The position numbers and the translations under genes are program-made. From Micrococcales bacterium (GTDB lineage Bacteria; Actinomycetota; Actinomycetes; Actinomycetales; CAWJMD01), in assembly GCA_002748415.1 (NCBI GenBank), contig PDSI01000220.1:3851-67850 (forward strand): a stretch of 64,000 bases of DNA. The letters are read 5' to 3'. The notes beneath the pieces are model-generated. The model worked only from the letters and a program-made list of their open reading frames with translations. It had not been told where the DNA came from and searched no databases. This document shows positions 17,924 to 27,559 of this stretch, piece after piece; position 1 is the stretch's first letter; each line of letters opens with the position of its first letter.

Positions 17924-20019
17924 CACGTCGTTCGCCGCACCCCGGCCGTACCCGCCGATCCGGCCCGCTGCCGCACCAACCGGCGCTACAACAACCTGCC
18001 CCGGCGCCGAACCACCCCGGCGCGCCATCGCGTCCGGGCGCCGCCTGGGACCCCGGCAGGCCACTGGCAGGCCCGCTGCTCACCCTGGGGGTGGCCACCC
18101 TCGTCGCCCTGATCGCCGGTCTGCTGGTCACCGCCGCCCGGCGCAGCACCGACCTCCTGGACCCCGGTGCACTGGTGCGTTGGAGCCTGCCCATCACCGC
18201 ATCGGGCACCGATCTGGCCGCCGGCGTTACTATCGGCGCCCTGGCGCTGGCCGCGTTCGTCGTCTCGCCGCGCTCACGGGCCTGGCCTCGGCTACGAAGC
18301 ATCGCCGTCTGGGCTTCGCTGGTCTGGACCGGGCTGTGGGTGCTGCGGTTGACGCTGGACTACGCCGACGTGGCAGGCGTCCCGCTGGGCAGCCCTGGAT
18401 TCTCCGAGCAGGTCGGCCTGTACCTCACCCAGGTCGACCGGGGGCGGCTGTTGCTGGCCGCGCTCGTGGTGGCAGCCGTCACCGCGACCGTCGTCTTCGG
18501 CATGAACGGGCCGGTCTGGGCGCTGGTGGCCCTGGCCGGGGCAGGTGCGTCGTTACTGTGCGTCGCCTTTACCGGTCATTCCGCAGGCGCGGCGTTCCAC
18601 GAGCTCGCAGTGTCCTCGCTGTGGTTGCACGTGCTGGGCCTGGGCCTGTGGGCGGGCGGGCTGGTATGCCTGCTCGCGTTGGCACCGTTGCTGGGCGCTC
18701 GTGCGCCTAAACGCGGCCCCGGCGGACCCGAGTTGTCTGCCGTCGTCGCCCGCTACTCCGCACTGGCCGGTGTGGGCTTCGTGCTGGTGGCCACGTCCGG
18801 CATCGGCAACGGGGTGATCCGGTTGGGGAGCTGGTCCGCGCTGTTCACTGACTACGGAACGTTGTTGATCGTCAAGACTGCTCTGCTGGTCGGTCTCGGC
18901 GTTGCCGGCTGGATGCAGCGCCGTCGCGTCATCCCGGCCCTGGCGGAGCACGGCCGCGCGGGTTTCACCAGATTGGCGATGGGTGAGGTCGCCGTGCTGG
19001 GCGCGGCGACCGGGCTGGGTGTGGCCATGTCAGTGTCCCCGCCCCCACTACCCGACGAGCCACCCGCCTATCCCAGCCCGGCAGAACTGGTCAGCAGCGC
19101 ACCGTTGCCGCCGCCGCTGACGGCGGCCAGCCTCGTCACCGAGATCACCCCCGACATTCTGTACGCGGTCATCATCGGATTCGCCGCCGCGGCCTACCTC
19201 AAGGGAGTGCACACCTTGCGCCGGCGTGGCGACAGCTGGCCGATGCGCCGTGCCCTGACGTGGTTGGCCGGCCTGGCCGCCCTGCTCTACATCACCTGCG
19301 GCGGAATCGCCGTGTACGGGCGGGTCATGTTCAGCGCACACATGGTGCAGCACATGGCCTTGACGATGATCGCGCCCGTCCTGCTCAGCTTCGGGGCCCC
19401 GGTCACGTTGCTGTTGCGGGTGGTGCCGGCCCGCCGGGACGGATCGATGGGGCCGCGGGAGTGGGTTCTCGGCGCCCTGCACACCAGGTATCTGCGGTTC
19501 TTCTCCCACCCCGTGGTGGCGGCGATCAACTTCGCCGGCGGCATCATCGCCTTCTACTACTCCGAACTGTTCGGGCTGGCCCTGAGCACCCACCTGGGCC
19601 ACGAACTGATGATGCTGCACTTCACCGCGACCGGGTACCTGTTCGCCCAGGCCGTCGTCGCCGTCGACCCGGTTCCGGTGCGGCTTGCCTACCCCATGCG
19701 GCTGGTGCTGCTGCTGGCCACGATGGGCTTCCACGCTTTCTTCGGCGTCACGCTCATGCAGGCCACCGCACTGCTGGAGGCGACGTACTTCTCCTCCCTG
19801 GGCGTGAACGACGACCTGCTGGCCGACCAAGCTCGTGGCGGAGCCCTCGCCTGGGGCATCGGCGAACTGCCGACGGTGCTGTTGGCCATGCTGCTGACCC
19901 TGGAGTGGGCCCGCAACGACGACCGGGAAGCGCGCCGGCGTGACCGCAAGGCCGATCGCGACGAGGATGCTGAGCGCCGCGCCTACAACGAGATGCTGGC
20001 ATCGTTGGCTAAACGCTGA
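17920..20019 (+). CDS. Polytopic membrane protein, CopD-like domain fused to a CtaG-type cytochrome c oxidase assembly domain
   Basis: The start ATG overlaps the upstream stop (ATGA at 17920-17923). 699 aa with about 14 hydrophobic helices. The C-terminal half has SAHMVQHMALTMIAPVLL and HELMMLHF motifs, typical of the Caa3_CtaG family. Confidence 0.75.
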   Translation: MTRRSPHPGRTRRSGPLPHQPALQQPAPAPNHPGAPSRPGAAWDPGRPLAGPLLTLGVATLVALIAGLLVTAARRSTDLLDPGALVRWSLPITASGTDLAAGVTIGALALAAFVVSPRSRAWPRLRSIAVWASLVWTGLWVLRLTLDYADVAGVPLGSPGFSEQVGLYLTQVDRGRLLLAALVVAAVTATVVFGMNGPVWALVALAGAGASLLCVAFTGHSAGAAFHELAVSSLWLHVLGLGLWAGGLVCLLALAPLLGARAPKRGPGGPELSAVVARYSALAGVGFVLVATSGIGNGVIRLGSWSALFTDYGTLLIVKTALLVGLGVAGWMQRRRVIPALAEHGRAGFTRLAMGEVAVLGAATGLGVAMSVSPPPLPDEPPAYPSPAELVSSAPLPPPLTAASLVTEITPDILYAVIIGFAAAAYLKGVHTLRRRGDSWPMRRALTWLAGLAALLYITCGGIAVYGRVMFSAHMVQHMALTMIAPVLLSFGAPVTLLLRVVPARRDGSMGPREWVLGALHTRYLRFFSHPVVAAINFAGGIIAFYYSELFGLALSTHLGHELMMLHFTATGYLFAQAVVAVDPVPVRLAYPMRLVLLLATMGFHAFFGVTLMQATALLEATYFSSLGVNDDLLADQARGGALAWGIGELPTVLLAMLLTLEWARNDDREARRRDRKADRDEDAERRAYNEMLASLAKR

Positions 20020-20244
20020 ACTAGCTCAAGTTTGCCAAGTATGCAACGAAATCCGTTCCATCCATATCAAATCTTGCCGAACCGTGACATGCTGAAGATG
20101 GCGTGGCTGACCTTGCCTGGGCTTTACTCACAGAATGTTGTCACCCACTCACTTCTGCGGACATGCTGCGGGGAGAACTGTCACGTATTGTGAGGAGTCC
20201 TGGGAGGGCGAGCACGCGGGACGCCGAAAAGAGGAGAAACTCCA

Positions 20245-20784
20245 ATGAACAGCAACGCGGTAGCTGTGAGCGAAGCAAGGCTGGCGGGAGCAGGCCCGGG
20301 GTTCGCTTCTGCCCCAGCTGAACCGGTCCGGCTGACCGATGAGGAACAGTGGGTCTGGCGGGCGTTCATGGCCACCCACCGACGACTGCTGGAGACGCTG
20401 GAGCGGCAACTGCAGGTCGTGGCCGGTCTGGGAATACAGGACTTCTTGATTCTCAGCATGCTGGCCGAGGCCCCGCAGCAACGAATGCGGATGACCGAAC
20501 TGGCGTTCATGTCGCACGGTTCGTCCAGCCGCACCTCCCACGCCGTGGACCGGCTGGAGCACCGCGGCTGGGTGCAGCGCGCCCGCACCAACGAGGACGG
20601 CCGCGGCAGCGTCGCCGTCCTGACCGTGGACGGGCTGGAGCGGGTCCACATGGCCACCCCGGCCCAGGTGGAGGTCATGCGCACGTACCTGTTCGACCTG
20701 GTCAGCCACGATGAGTTGGCCGTGCTCGGCCGGGTGATGTTCGCCGTCATGGCCGCCTTCGATGAGGCCAACCGTCCCCGGTGA
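20245..20784 (+). CDS. MarR family transcriptional regulator
   Basis: FLILSMLAEAPQQRMRMTELAFMSHGSSSRTSHAVDRLEHRGWVQRARTNEDGRGSVAVLTVDG is a winged-helix MarR core. RBS aagaggag lies upstream of the ATG. It is preceded by a 225-bp lower-GC intergenic region. Confidence 0.85.
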   Translation: MNSNAVAVSEARLAGAGPGFASAPAEPVRLTDEEQWVWRAFMATHRRLLETLERQLQVVAGLGIQDFLILSMLAEAPQQRMRMTELAFMSHGSSSRTSHAVDRLEHRGWVQRARTNEDGRGSVAVLTVDGLERVHMATPAQVEVMRTYLFDLVSHDELAVLGRVMFAVMAAFDEANRPR

Positions 20785-22003
20785 GCCCGATGGGCCGGCA
20801 GCCGTCGATCTGCTGCTGGCCGGAACAGGAGCGGCCGGGCTGAGCCTGCTGGACGCCCTGGCCCGGCACGGGGTTACCGGGCTGCGCCTCCTCGTCGTCG
20901 ATCCTGTCGACCGGTTGCACGCTCACCCATGGGACCGGACCTGGTGCTTCTGGTCCAAGCGGACCCCGGCCCACCTGCAGAAGGCGATGGTCGCGTCGTG
21001 GCGCATCGCCGAGATCGCCGCACCCGACGGAGCCGGTAACCGGCTGGACCTCGACCCGTACCGATACCACATGCTGACCGCGGATGCCTACGCGCGCCTT
21101 GTCGCCCGGCGGGTGGCCCGCGCCGAGGCCGAGTTGGGCTGGCACGTCGAGACCCTCGTCGACGGTGTGCGACACATCGTCGACGGCCCGGACGCGGCCA
21201 CCGCCACCACCGAGAGCGGCGAGCGGCTGACCGCGAGCTGGGTATTCGACTCCCGGCCGCGCCCGCCCACGCGGGCCAGAACGACGCTGCTGCAGCACTT
21301 CCGCGGCCACCTCGTGCGCACCCGGCAACCCAGATTCGACGCGGAGCGCATCCTCCTGATGGATTTCAGTGTGCCGCAGCCGGACCGGGGCGTCGCGTTC
21401 GGTTACTGCCTGCCGACCGATGCGCACACCGCACTGGTGGAATACACGGTCTTCTCCGCGCAGGAGTGCACCGAGCCCGAATACGACGAACACATCCGCG
21501 ACTACCGTACGCGACTCGGGCTGGCGCCACAGGACGACCAGGACACCACCACCGCCCACGTCGAACACGGGGTGATCCCGATGACCGACGGGCGGTTCGA
21601 CCCCCACCCCGGTCACCGGGTGATCCGCATCGGTGCCGCAGCCGGTGCGACCCGGGGCTCCACCGGCTACACCTTCGCCGCCGTCACCAGGCAGACCGAT
21701 GTGGTGGCCGGCCTACTGGCAGCGGGCGCGACACCTCGGGTTCCCGACGCCTACCCGCGGCGGCACCGGGTCCTGGATGCGATCATGTTGCGCGCCCTGG
21801 CCGACGGCCGGCTGGCCGGCGCCCCGTTCTTCACCCGGTTGTGGCAGGCGAACCCACCGGTGCGGGTCCTCGAGTTCCTCCAGGGCACCTCGACGCCACG
21901 GCAGGAGGCCGCCGTCATCGGTACGTGTCCTTCGTTGGCCATGCTCGGCGCGGCCGCATCCCTCTTCACCGCAGGCAATCCCTTGTCCCGGCCTGGCATC
22001 TGA
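20762..22003 (+). CDS. Lycopene cyclase family (CrtY-like FAD/NAD-binding) protein
   Basis: VDLLLAGTGAAGLSLLDAL (dinucleotide fold), WCFW, and the overall length fit lycopene beta-cyclase-family proteins. It overlaps marR by 23 nt. No other crt genes are present. Confidence 0.7.
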   Translation: MRPTVPGEPDGPAAVDLLLAGTGAAGLSLLDALARHGVTGLRLLVVDPVDRLHAHPWDRTWCFWSKRTPAHLQKAMVASWRIAEIAAPDGAGNRLDLDPYRYHMLTADAYARLVARRVARAEAELGWHVETLVDGVRHIVDGPDAATATTESGERLTASWVFDSRPRPPTRARTTLLQHFRGHLVRTRQPRFDAERILLMDFSVPQPDRGVAFGYCLPTDAHTALVEYTVFSAQECTEPEYDEHIRDYRTRLGLAPQDDQDTTTAHVEHGVIPMTDGRFDPHPGHRVIRIGAAAGATRGSTGYTFAAVTRQTDVVAGLLAAGATPRVPDAYPRRHRVLDAIMLRALADGRLAGAPFFTRLWQANPPVRVLEFLQGTSTPRQEAAVIGTCPSLAMLGAAASLFTAGNPLSRPGI

Positions 22004-22079
22004 CGGCCGCCGCACAGTGCGAGCCGGGCACGACAGCAGTGGTGGCCCGGCGGGGTCCGGCGAAGCTGAGCGCTCCGGC

Positions 22080-22131
22080 GGGTCAGGGCAACGGGTCAGG
22101 GCAACGGTTCAGAGCAATGGGTCAGGGCAAC
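22080..22131. repeat. Four tandem 13-bp units (gggtcagggcaac x3 plus the variant ggttcagagcaat)
   Basis: Read directly at 22080-22131. The last unit contains the stop codon (tca at 22122-22124) and the final codons of the minus-strand CPBP gene. Confidence 0.85.
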
Positions 22132-22877
22132 CCGACGGCGTCGGCGAACAGCGTATAGCCGACGAAGGCGACCACATCCAGCAACGTGTGCGCCACCACC
22201 AGCGGCATCACCCGGCCCGAGCGGGCGAAGAACCACCCGAATACGACCCCCATCACGGCATTACCCAGGAACGGGCCGAAGCCTTGGTACACGTGGTACG
22301 TGCCGCGCAGCAGGGCGCTGACGCCGATGACCGGCCAGGTGCTCCAGCGCAGGTCCCGCAGCCTGCTCATCAGGTAGCCGACGACGATGACCTCTTCCAC
22401 CAGAGCGTTTTTCAGCGCCGCCAGCAGCAGCACGGGAATGCTCCACCAGTACTGCCCGAGACCGGCCGGCACGACATCGGCCGTGATCCCGCTTGCCCGG
22501 CCGGCGATGTAGAACACCAGCCCCGGCAACCCGATCAGTGCGGCCAATACGGTTCCGGTGACCAGGTCACGATTGACCCAGGTCAATCCGATGTGCCGAC
22601 GGGCCGGGCGGCCGCGCTCGCTGAGCAGATAGAGCGCCAGTAGGACGGGCACCAACGCGAAACCGACGTTCAGCAATTGGTAGGTCATGTCCAGGTACGG
22701 ACGAGGGCTGCGCGAGGGGTTCAACGTGGCCGTGGCCTGGCTGATCGGGCCTTGGGTGAGTTTGTCGATCAGGCTGACCACGGCGTAGACCGCGGATTGG
22801 CCCAGGCTGAGGCCGAGGACCAGCAGGATCTCCAGGCCGAGCCGCCGGGGTGGGGCACCGGCGGGCTGGCCGCTCAC
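22122..22877 (-). CDS. CPBP family intramembrane glutamic endopeptidase (CAAX protease-like)
   Basis: Multi-TM protein with ALVEEVIVVGYLMSRL (EExxxR motif), LLRGTYHVYQG and GNAVMGVVFGWFF (H-containing motif). Confidence 0.8.
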   Translation of the reverse strand: MSGQPAGAPPRRLGLEILLVLGLSLGQSAVYAVVSLIDKLTQGPISQATATLNPSRSPRPYLDMTYQLLNVGFALVPVLLALYLLSERGRPARRHIGLTWVNRDLVTGTVLAALIGLPGLVFYIAGRASGITADVVPAGLGQYWWSIPVLLLAALKNALVEEVIVVGYLMSRLRDLRWSTWPVIGVSALLRGTYHVYQGFGPFLGNAVMGVVFGWFFARSGRVMPLVVAHTLLDVVAFVGYTLFADAVGLP

Positions 22878-23098
22878 GCGTGGGCCACGTCGTAGCCCGC
22901 CTCCTCGATGGCCGCCTCGATCGCAGAGGGGTTCAGCGGCTGGTCGCCGCCGCTCACCCGTATCGTCGACACACCGTCAGGCACCAGGTCGACGTCCACG
23001 TGGGCGACGCCGTCCACCGCACCGACCTCCTCCTTGACGGCTTGCACACAATGCTGGCACGTCATTCCGGTGACGGGGTAGGACTCAGGTTGGCTCAT
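22874..23098 (-). CDS. copZ: Heavy-metal-associated domain copper chaperone
   Basis: MSQPESYPVTGMTCQHCVQAVKEEV carries the GMTCxxC metal-binding motif. 74 aa. Its stop overlaps the CPBP start by 4 nt. Confidence 0.85.
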   Translation of the reverse strand: MSQPESYPVTGMTCQHCVQAVKEEVGAVDGVAHVDVDLVPDGVSTIRVSGGDQPLNPSAIEAAIEEAGYDVAHA

Positions 23099-23246
23099 GC
23101 GAAAAGTGTGACATGCGGGGGCGGGCCCGCGGTCACCCGGCCGCTGCCCCGCCACCGAGCCGGCCCGTCGGCGTCCAAAGAGGTGCGCAAGTGGCGGGCC
23201 GGTGACTCGGGGCGGGCAAAGCGAAAGCGCGGGATGGCGGCGGGCC

Positions 23247-23951
23247 TCAGCTGGTGGCCGGGGACGTTTCCGGGGTCGCGGTGCCTGGGCCGGCGGCCCA
23301 GGCACCGGGGGAGCTCTCGGGACCGGCGCGCATGCCGTCGTGGCCACCTGCGGGCCGTTCCCCGCCCGGACGGTCGAGCATGTCCTCGGCGCGGTGCTCG
23401 AGCTCGGCGATGATGTCATCGGCACGGTCCTGCGTGAGGTCGCCCTCGGTGACCCTTTCACTGATGCGCTCGGCCTGCGCATCGACGATGGCTCGTACCA
23501 CGTCGCCGCGGGAGACACCGGCTTCATCGGCGATTTCGCCGAGCGTCCGGCCGCCCAGTTCGTCGCGCAGCTCATCCGTACCGAGACCGAGAACCGCGGC
23601 CACCGCGTCCAGGCCGGTGCCGCCGATCACGCCGTGCTGACCGCGGGGCCCGTGGCGACCACCGGGCCCGCCGGGCCGGTCCATCCGCTGGCCGGCTCGT
23701 TCGGCCAGGGTGTCCGCTACGGCCGTGGCCTGCTCGTCGGTGATGCCGCCGTTCTCGACCAGCCCGCGCAGGTCGGTCTTGATGCGCTCGGCAGCAGCCG
23801 AGTGTTTCGGGTCGCTGCTGTCCTCGGCGGCACTTACGGTGCTGCTCGCGGCCGGGGGATTGGTGGCATGGGCCAGATCCGGAACGGCCAGCGCGAACCC
23901 GGCTGCCGCAACCAGTCCGACGGCGCCGAGTGTCATGGTCTTGATCCTCAT
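23247..23951 (-). CDS. Secreted hypothetical protein (signal peptide; helical, Asp/Glu/Arg-rich repeats)
   Basis: ATG at 23949-23951 is preceded by GAGAAGGAGA. The product begins MRIKTMTLGAVGLVAAAGFALAVPDLAHA (signal). It has repeated segments of the type ITDEQATAVADTLAERAG and LTQDRADDIIAELEHRAEDML. No family recognised. Confidence 0.6.
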   Translation of the reverse strand: MRIKTMTLGAVGLVAAAGFALAVPDLAHATNPPAASSTVSAAEDSSDPKHSAAAERIKTDLRGLVENGGITDEQATAVADTLAERAGQRMDRPGGPGGRHGPRGQHGVIGGTGLDAVAAVLGLGTDELRDELGGRTLGEIADEAGVSRGDVVRAIVDAQAERISERVTEGDLTQDRADDIIAELEHRAEDMLDRPGGERPAGGHDGMRAGPESSPGAWAAGPGTATPETSPATS

Positions 23952-24094
23952 CGTGTCTCCTTCTCTGCGACCGAGAAGCCGGGCTGCTTCTCGGGACGCA
24001 GACGAGAATCGCTGGTACACCTGGCAAATGCCTGGAGAAAGGCTTGGATCAGGCCAACAGTGTGGACGCCGCGGCGGTTGGCGCCCGGGCGGGC

Positions 24095-25558
24095 TCAGCG
24101 ATCGGCGGAGGTCCCGGCCGACCGGGCCAGCTCGGCGGCCAAGCCGGTGTAGGTGTGCGGACGCAGGTCGATCAGTCGCTGCGCCATGGGCGCCGGCAGC
24201 CCGAGCGAGTCAATGAACTCCCGCATCCGGTGCACGTCGACCCGCCGGCCCCGGGTGAGGTCCTTGACTCGCTCGTACGGGTCGGCCATTCCGGCCACCC
24301 CTGCGGCGCCGGCGGCGCGCATGACGCTCTGTACCGCCTCGCCCAGCACCTCCCAGTTCGCGTCCAGGTCGCCAGCCATCGCCGTTTCGTTTGCGGTAAT
24401 CCCGGCCAGCCCGCGGCACACGTTGTCCACCGCGAGCAGTGAATGGCCCAACGCCACCCCGGCGTTGCGTTGCATCGAGGAGTCGGTGAGGTCTCGCTGC
24501 AGTCGCGAGGTCACCAGCGTGCCGGCCAGGACGTCCAGTACGGCGCACGAAACCTCAAGATTGGCCTCCGCGTTCTCGAATCGAATCGGGTTGACCTTGT
24601 GCGGCATGGTGGATGAGCCGGTGGACCCGTGCACGGACACGTCCTGGGTGAAGTACCCCATCGAAATGTAGGCCCATACATCGGTGCACAGGTTGTGCAG
24701 GATCCGGTTGAACCGGGCGATGTCGGCGTACAACTCCGCCTGCCAGTCGTGCGATTCGATCTGCGTGGTGAGCGGATTCCATTCCAGCCCAAGCGAAGTG
24801 ACGAAGTCATGGGAAACCTGCTGCCAGTCGGCCGCTGGTTCGGCGACCACGTGCGCAGAGTAGGTTCCGCTGGCTCCGTTGAACTTTCCCAGGTACTCCG
24901 CGGCCTCGACCCGGCGTAGCTGGCGGGATAGCCGGTGCGCGAAGACCGCGAGTTCCTTGCCGATGGTGGTGGGCGTGGCCGGCTGGCCGTGGGTGTGCGC
25001 GAGCATCGGTGTGCCGGCGAGGGTTTCGGCCATCTGCCGGAGTTGGTCCAGCAGCCCGGCCGCGGCGGGTACCCAGACCTGAGTCAGTGCTCCTTTCAGC
25101 ATCAGCGCGTAGGACAGATTGTTGATGTCCTCACTTGTGCAGCAGAAATGCACCAGGGGTGCGGCTTGATCTCGCACCCGCTGGGGCAGCCGGTCCCGCA
25201 CGTAATACTCGACGGCCTTCACATCGTGTGCCGTGTGCCGTTCCAACGCGGCCAGATCCGCGACGGCTGCGGCATCGAAACCGGTCACCAGGGAGCGCAA
25301 TGCGTCAGCCTCGTCAGGGTGCAGGCGCGGGACACCGGCCAGGATGTCGCCGGCACACAGGCGGATGAGCCATTCCACCTCTACATGCAGCCGGTGCCTG
25401 TTCAGCGCCGGCTCGGACAGGTGATCCACCAGGGCAGCCACCACCGGCCGGTACCGGCCGTCGAGGGGTCCGAGTGCGATGCCGGCATCCGCCAGCGAGG
25501 TGGCAGCCGGTGGGACGGGTGCAGGTGCCGGGCGGCCAGGAGCCGGGGTCGGACTCAT
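24095..25558 (-). CDS. purB: Adenylosuccinate lyase
   Basis: LGPLDGRYR near the N-terminus, TSEDINNLSYALM, HGQPATPTT, and GSSTMPHKVNPIRFENAE (the fumarate-lyase signature SSxMPxKxN). Confidence 0.9.
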   Translation of the reverse strand: MSPTPAPGRPAPAPVPPAATSLADAGIALGPLDGRYRPVVAALVDHLSEPALNRHRLHVEVEWLIRLCAGDILAGVPRLHPDEADALRSLVTGFDAAAVADLAALERHTAHDVKAVEYYVRDRLPQRVRDQAAPLVHFCCTSEDINNLSYALMLKGALTQVWVPAAAGLLDQLRQMAETLAGTPMLAHTHGQPATPTTIGKELAVFAHRLSRQLRRVEAAEYLGKFNGASGTYSAHVVAEPAADWQQVSHDFVTSLGLEWNPLTTQIESHDWQAELYADIARFNRILHNLCTDVWAYISMGYFTQDVSVHGSTGSSTMPHKVNPIRFENAEANLEVSCAVLDVLAGTLVTSRLQRDLTDSSMQRNAGVALGHSLLAVDNVCRGLAGITANETAMAGDLDANWEVLGEAVQSVMRAAGAAGVAGMADPYERVKDLTRGRRVDVHRMREFIDSLGLPAPMAQRLIDLRPHTYTGLAAELARSAGTSADR

Positions 25559-27045
25559 GTACCTATCCTCCCACCCTGGGCGGCACCAGCCGTGGTGATC
25601 GCGGGCAGGAAGGCCATGACATCCTCAGCCGCTCGATCGCCGGATGATACGCACGAGCTCATTCCCACCCCGTCGACTGCGCACCCGGCCAGATAGACCC
25701 CTGGTGCGTCCTCGGCCAACACCCGGCGGGCTCGAGCCACCCGGTCCAGGTGTCCGACCAGTTGCAGGGGAACCGTGTCCGGCCACCGGTGCACCAATAC
25801 GTCGGTGGCGCCACCCAGCCCGGTCAGGGCGGTGAGGTCGGCGAGCATGTCCCGCACCAGCCGGTCGTCGGGTACGCCGGTCACGTCGAGCCCGCCGTGC
25901 CGCCCGGCCGACAGCCGGATCAGGAAGTCGTCCGCCTTGTTGATATGCGGCCACTTGTTCGACAGCAATGTGGCCGCTTTGAGTGCCCGCTGCGACCTAC
26001 TGGCCACCAGCATCCCGTTCACCCCGGCCAGTTCGGCCGGAACGGCACTGCGGGGGAAACGGGCCAGGGCGGTGACCACGGAAGTGCTGGACTGCCCGGC
26101 CAGCACGGTTGCCGCCCGGGTGGACGTTGCGGTGAGCAGGGCCGAGGCGACCGCGGCCGGAACGGCGAGAACAACCGCATCGGCCGGGATCGATGCCTCC
26201 TCAGCGTGCACGATGAGAAGGTCCTGATCGCGGCTGACGGCTCGCACCGGTGTGCAGGCCTGGATCGATGCTCCGTGCCGGCGGGCCCGGCCGGCGAGCG
26301 CGTGTACCAGGGTGGATATGCCGCCCGGCCAGTTCAGCAGCGGCATCGCCGAGGGGGCCGGCGGCCGGCAGCGGCCGCGCAGGCGCCGCCACGTGGCCGG
26401 CAGCGCCTCCGATCGCTGCCGCCACACCGACGGGCTCAGCGGCGCACCTTCCTGCGCGGCCGTGACCAGGGCCGGTGCGCAGGCCCGCAGGCTGAGCTGC
26501 TGCACGTCCGCGGCGTGCAGGTTTCCCAGCAAGGGATCGACGACGCGTTCCGTGACGGCTGCACCGAATCGCCGCCGGAGGAACGGCCCGACCGCGACGT
26601 CTTCGTCGTCGCCGAGCCGGTGTCCTATGGCCAGCACGGGCTCGACCGCGGCACGCAGCAATTCGGGCACGCTCAACAGGTCACCGTCCAGCAGCGGCCG
26701 AAGCCGGGTCGGCCCGGTCGGGCCGACGCCGGGCGGCAGCGTCGTGATCCGGTTACCGGTGGCCAACAGGGTCCGTCCGGCGGCTGGGCGGACCACCTGA
26801 GCATCCAGGCCGAGTTCGTCGATCAAGCCGGCCAGGCTCGGCATGATGCCGAACGCGCCTTCGGCCCCCACGTCGACCGACCGGCTGTGAAACGGCACGG
26901 TGTGGATCTGCCCGCCGAGCCGTGGCGAGGCCTCGAACAGGCGGACCCGGTATCCCCGCTCCGCCAGTCGCAGCGCGGCCACCAGCCCGGTCAGGCCGCC
27001 GCCTACCACGACGACGGTCGCGGTGGGATCGAGGAATCGGCTCAC
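25555..27045 (-). CDS. FAD-dependent oxidoreductase, protoporphyrinogen/coproporphyrinogen oxidase (HemY/CgoX)-like
   Basis: VVVVGGGLTGLVAALRLAERGYRVRLFEASPRLGGQI is a Rossmann/amine-oxidase N-terminus, and the length is about 496 aa. Its stop overlaps the purB start (ATGA at 25555-25558). The specific substrate is not determinable by eye. Confidence 0.7.
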   Translation of the reverse strand: MSRFLDPTATVVVVGGGLTGLVAALRLAERGYRVRLFEASPRLGGQIHTVPFHSRSVDVGAEGAFGIMPSLAGLIDELGLDAQVVRPAAGRTLLATGNRITTLPPGVGPTGPTRLRPLLDGDLLSVPELLRAAVEPVLAIGHRLGDDEDVAVGPFLRRRFGAAVTERVVDPLLGNLHAADVQQLSLRACAPALVTAAQEGAPLSPSVWRQRSEALPATWRRLRGRCRPPAPSAMPLLNWPGGISTLVHALAGRARRHGASIQACTPVRAVSRDQDLLIVHAEEASIPADAVVLAVPAAVASALLTATSTRAATVLAGQSSTSVVTALARFPRSAVPAELAGVNGMLVASRSQRALKAATLLSNKWPHINKADDFLIRLSAGRHGGLDVTGVPDDRLVRDMLADLTALTGLGGATDVLVHRWPDTVPLQLVGHLDRVARARRVLAEDAPGVYLAGCAVDGVGMSSCVSSGDRAAEDVMAFLPAITTAGAAQGGRIGT

Positions 27046-27559
27046 CCCAGAATGCTACGCCCGTGGGGCCGGTCGAGTAGCCAGCCCGGATGCGGTTCCG
27101 GCCGCGACGTCCTGGCCCGGATCGATGCCGGTGCGGCCGCGGCGGATGCGCTCCGGGCCGGTGCCGGTCACCGTCGGTTGGCCACCGTTCCTCCTATCGG
27201 AGGCAGCCGCCTGCCCGCATCGGTCAATGCGGTCGGCAAGGTTGGAGCGGCCGTGCCGGCTGGCTACGCTCACCACGAGCCATGCTGCTGTGTGTAGTGG
27301 TTGATGCACGGTGAGCGATGGTCCGGTGTGTCGCTGAACGGTTGCGGCACATCACATCTGGTCATTCTCGACCGGACATCCCGGCTAGGCGGCACGGCAG
27401 CGCATCGACGGTGCCCGGAGCGGGTAGCGTACAGGCAGCGCAGCGACTCGAGGGGGTAGGACGAACGGTGGGCGCGCCAAGGACGACTGACCAAGGAGGA
27501 TGCCGTGGTGCCAAGGTGTTGCCACCCGGCGTGGGTAGGCAAACGGCGATGAGGCAACA

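Noticed and set aside
25750-27297. 515-aa plus-strand ORF
   Set aside because: It is antisense to the HemY-like FAD oxidoreductase, which has a clear Rossmann motif. The product is Arg/Gly/Pro/Gln-rich with no recognisable motif.
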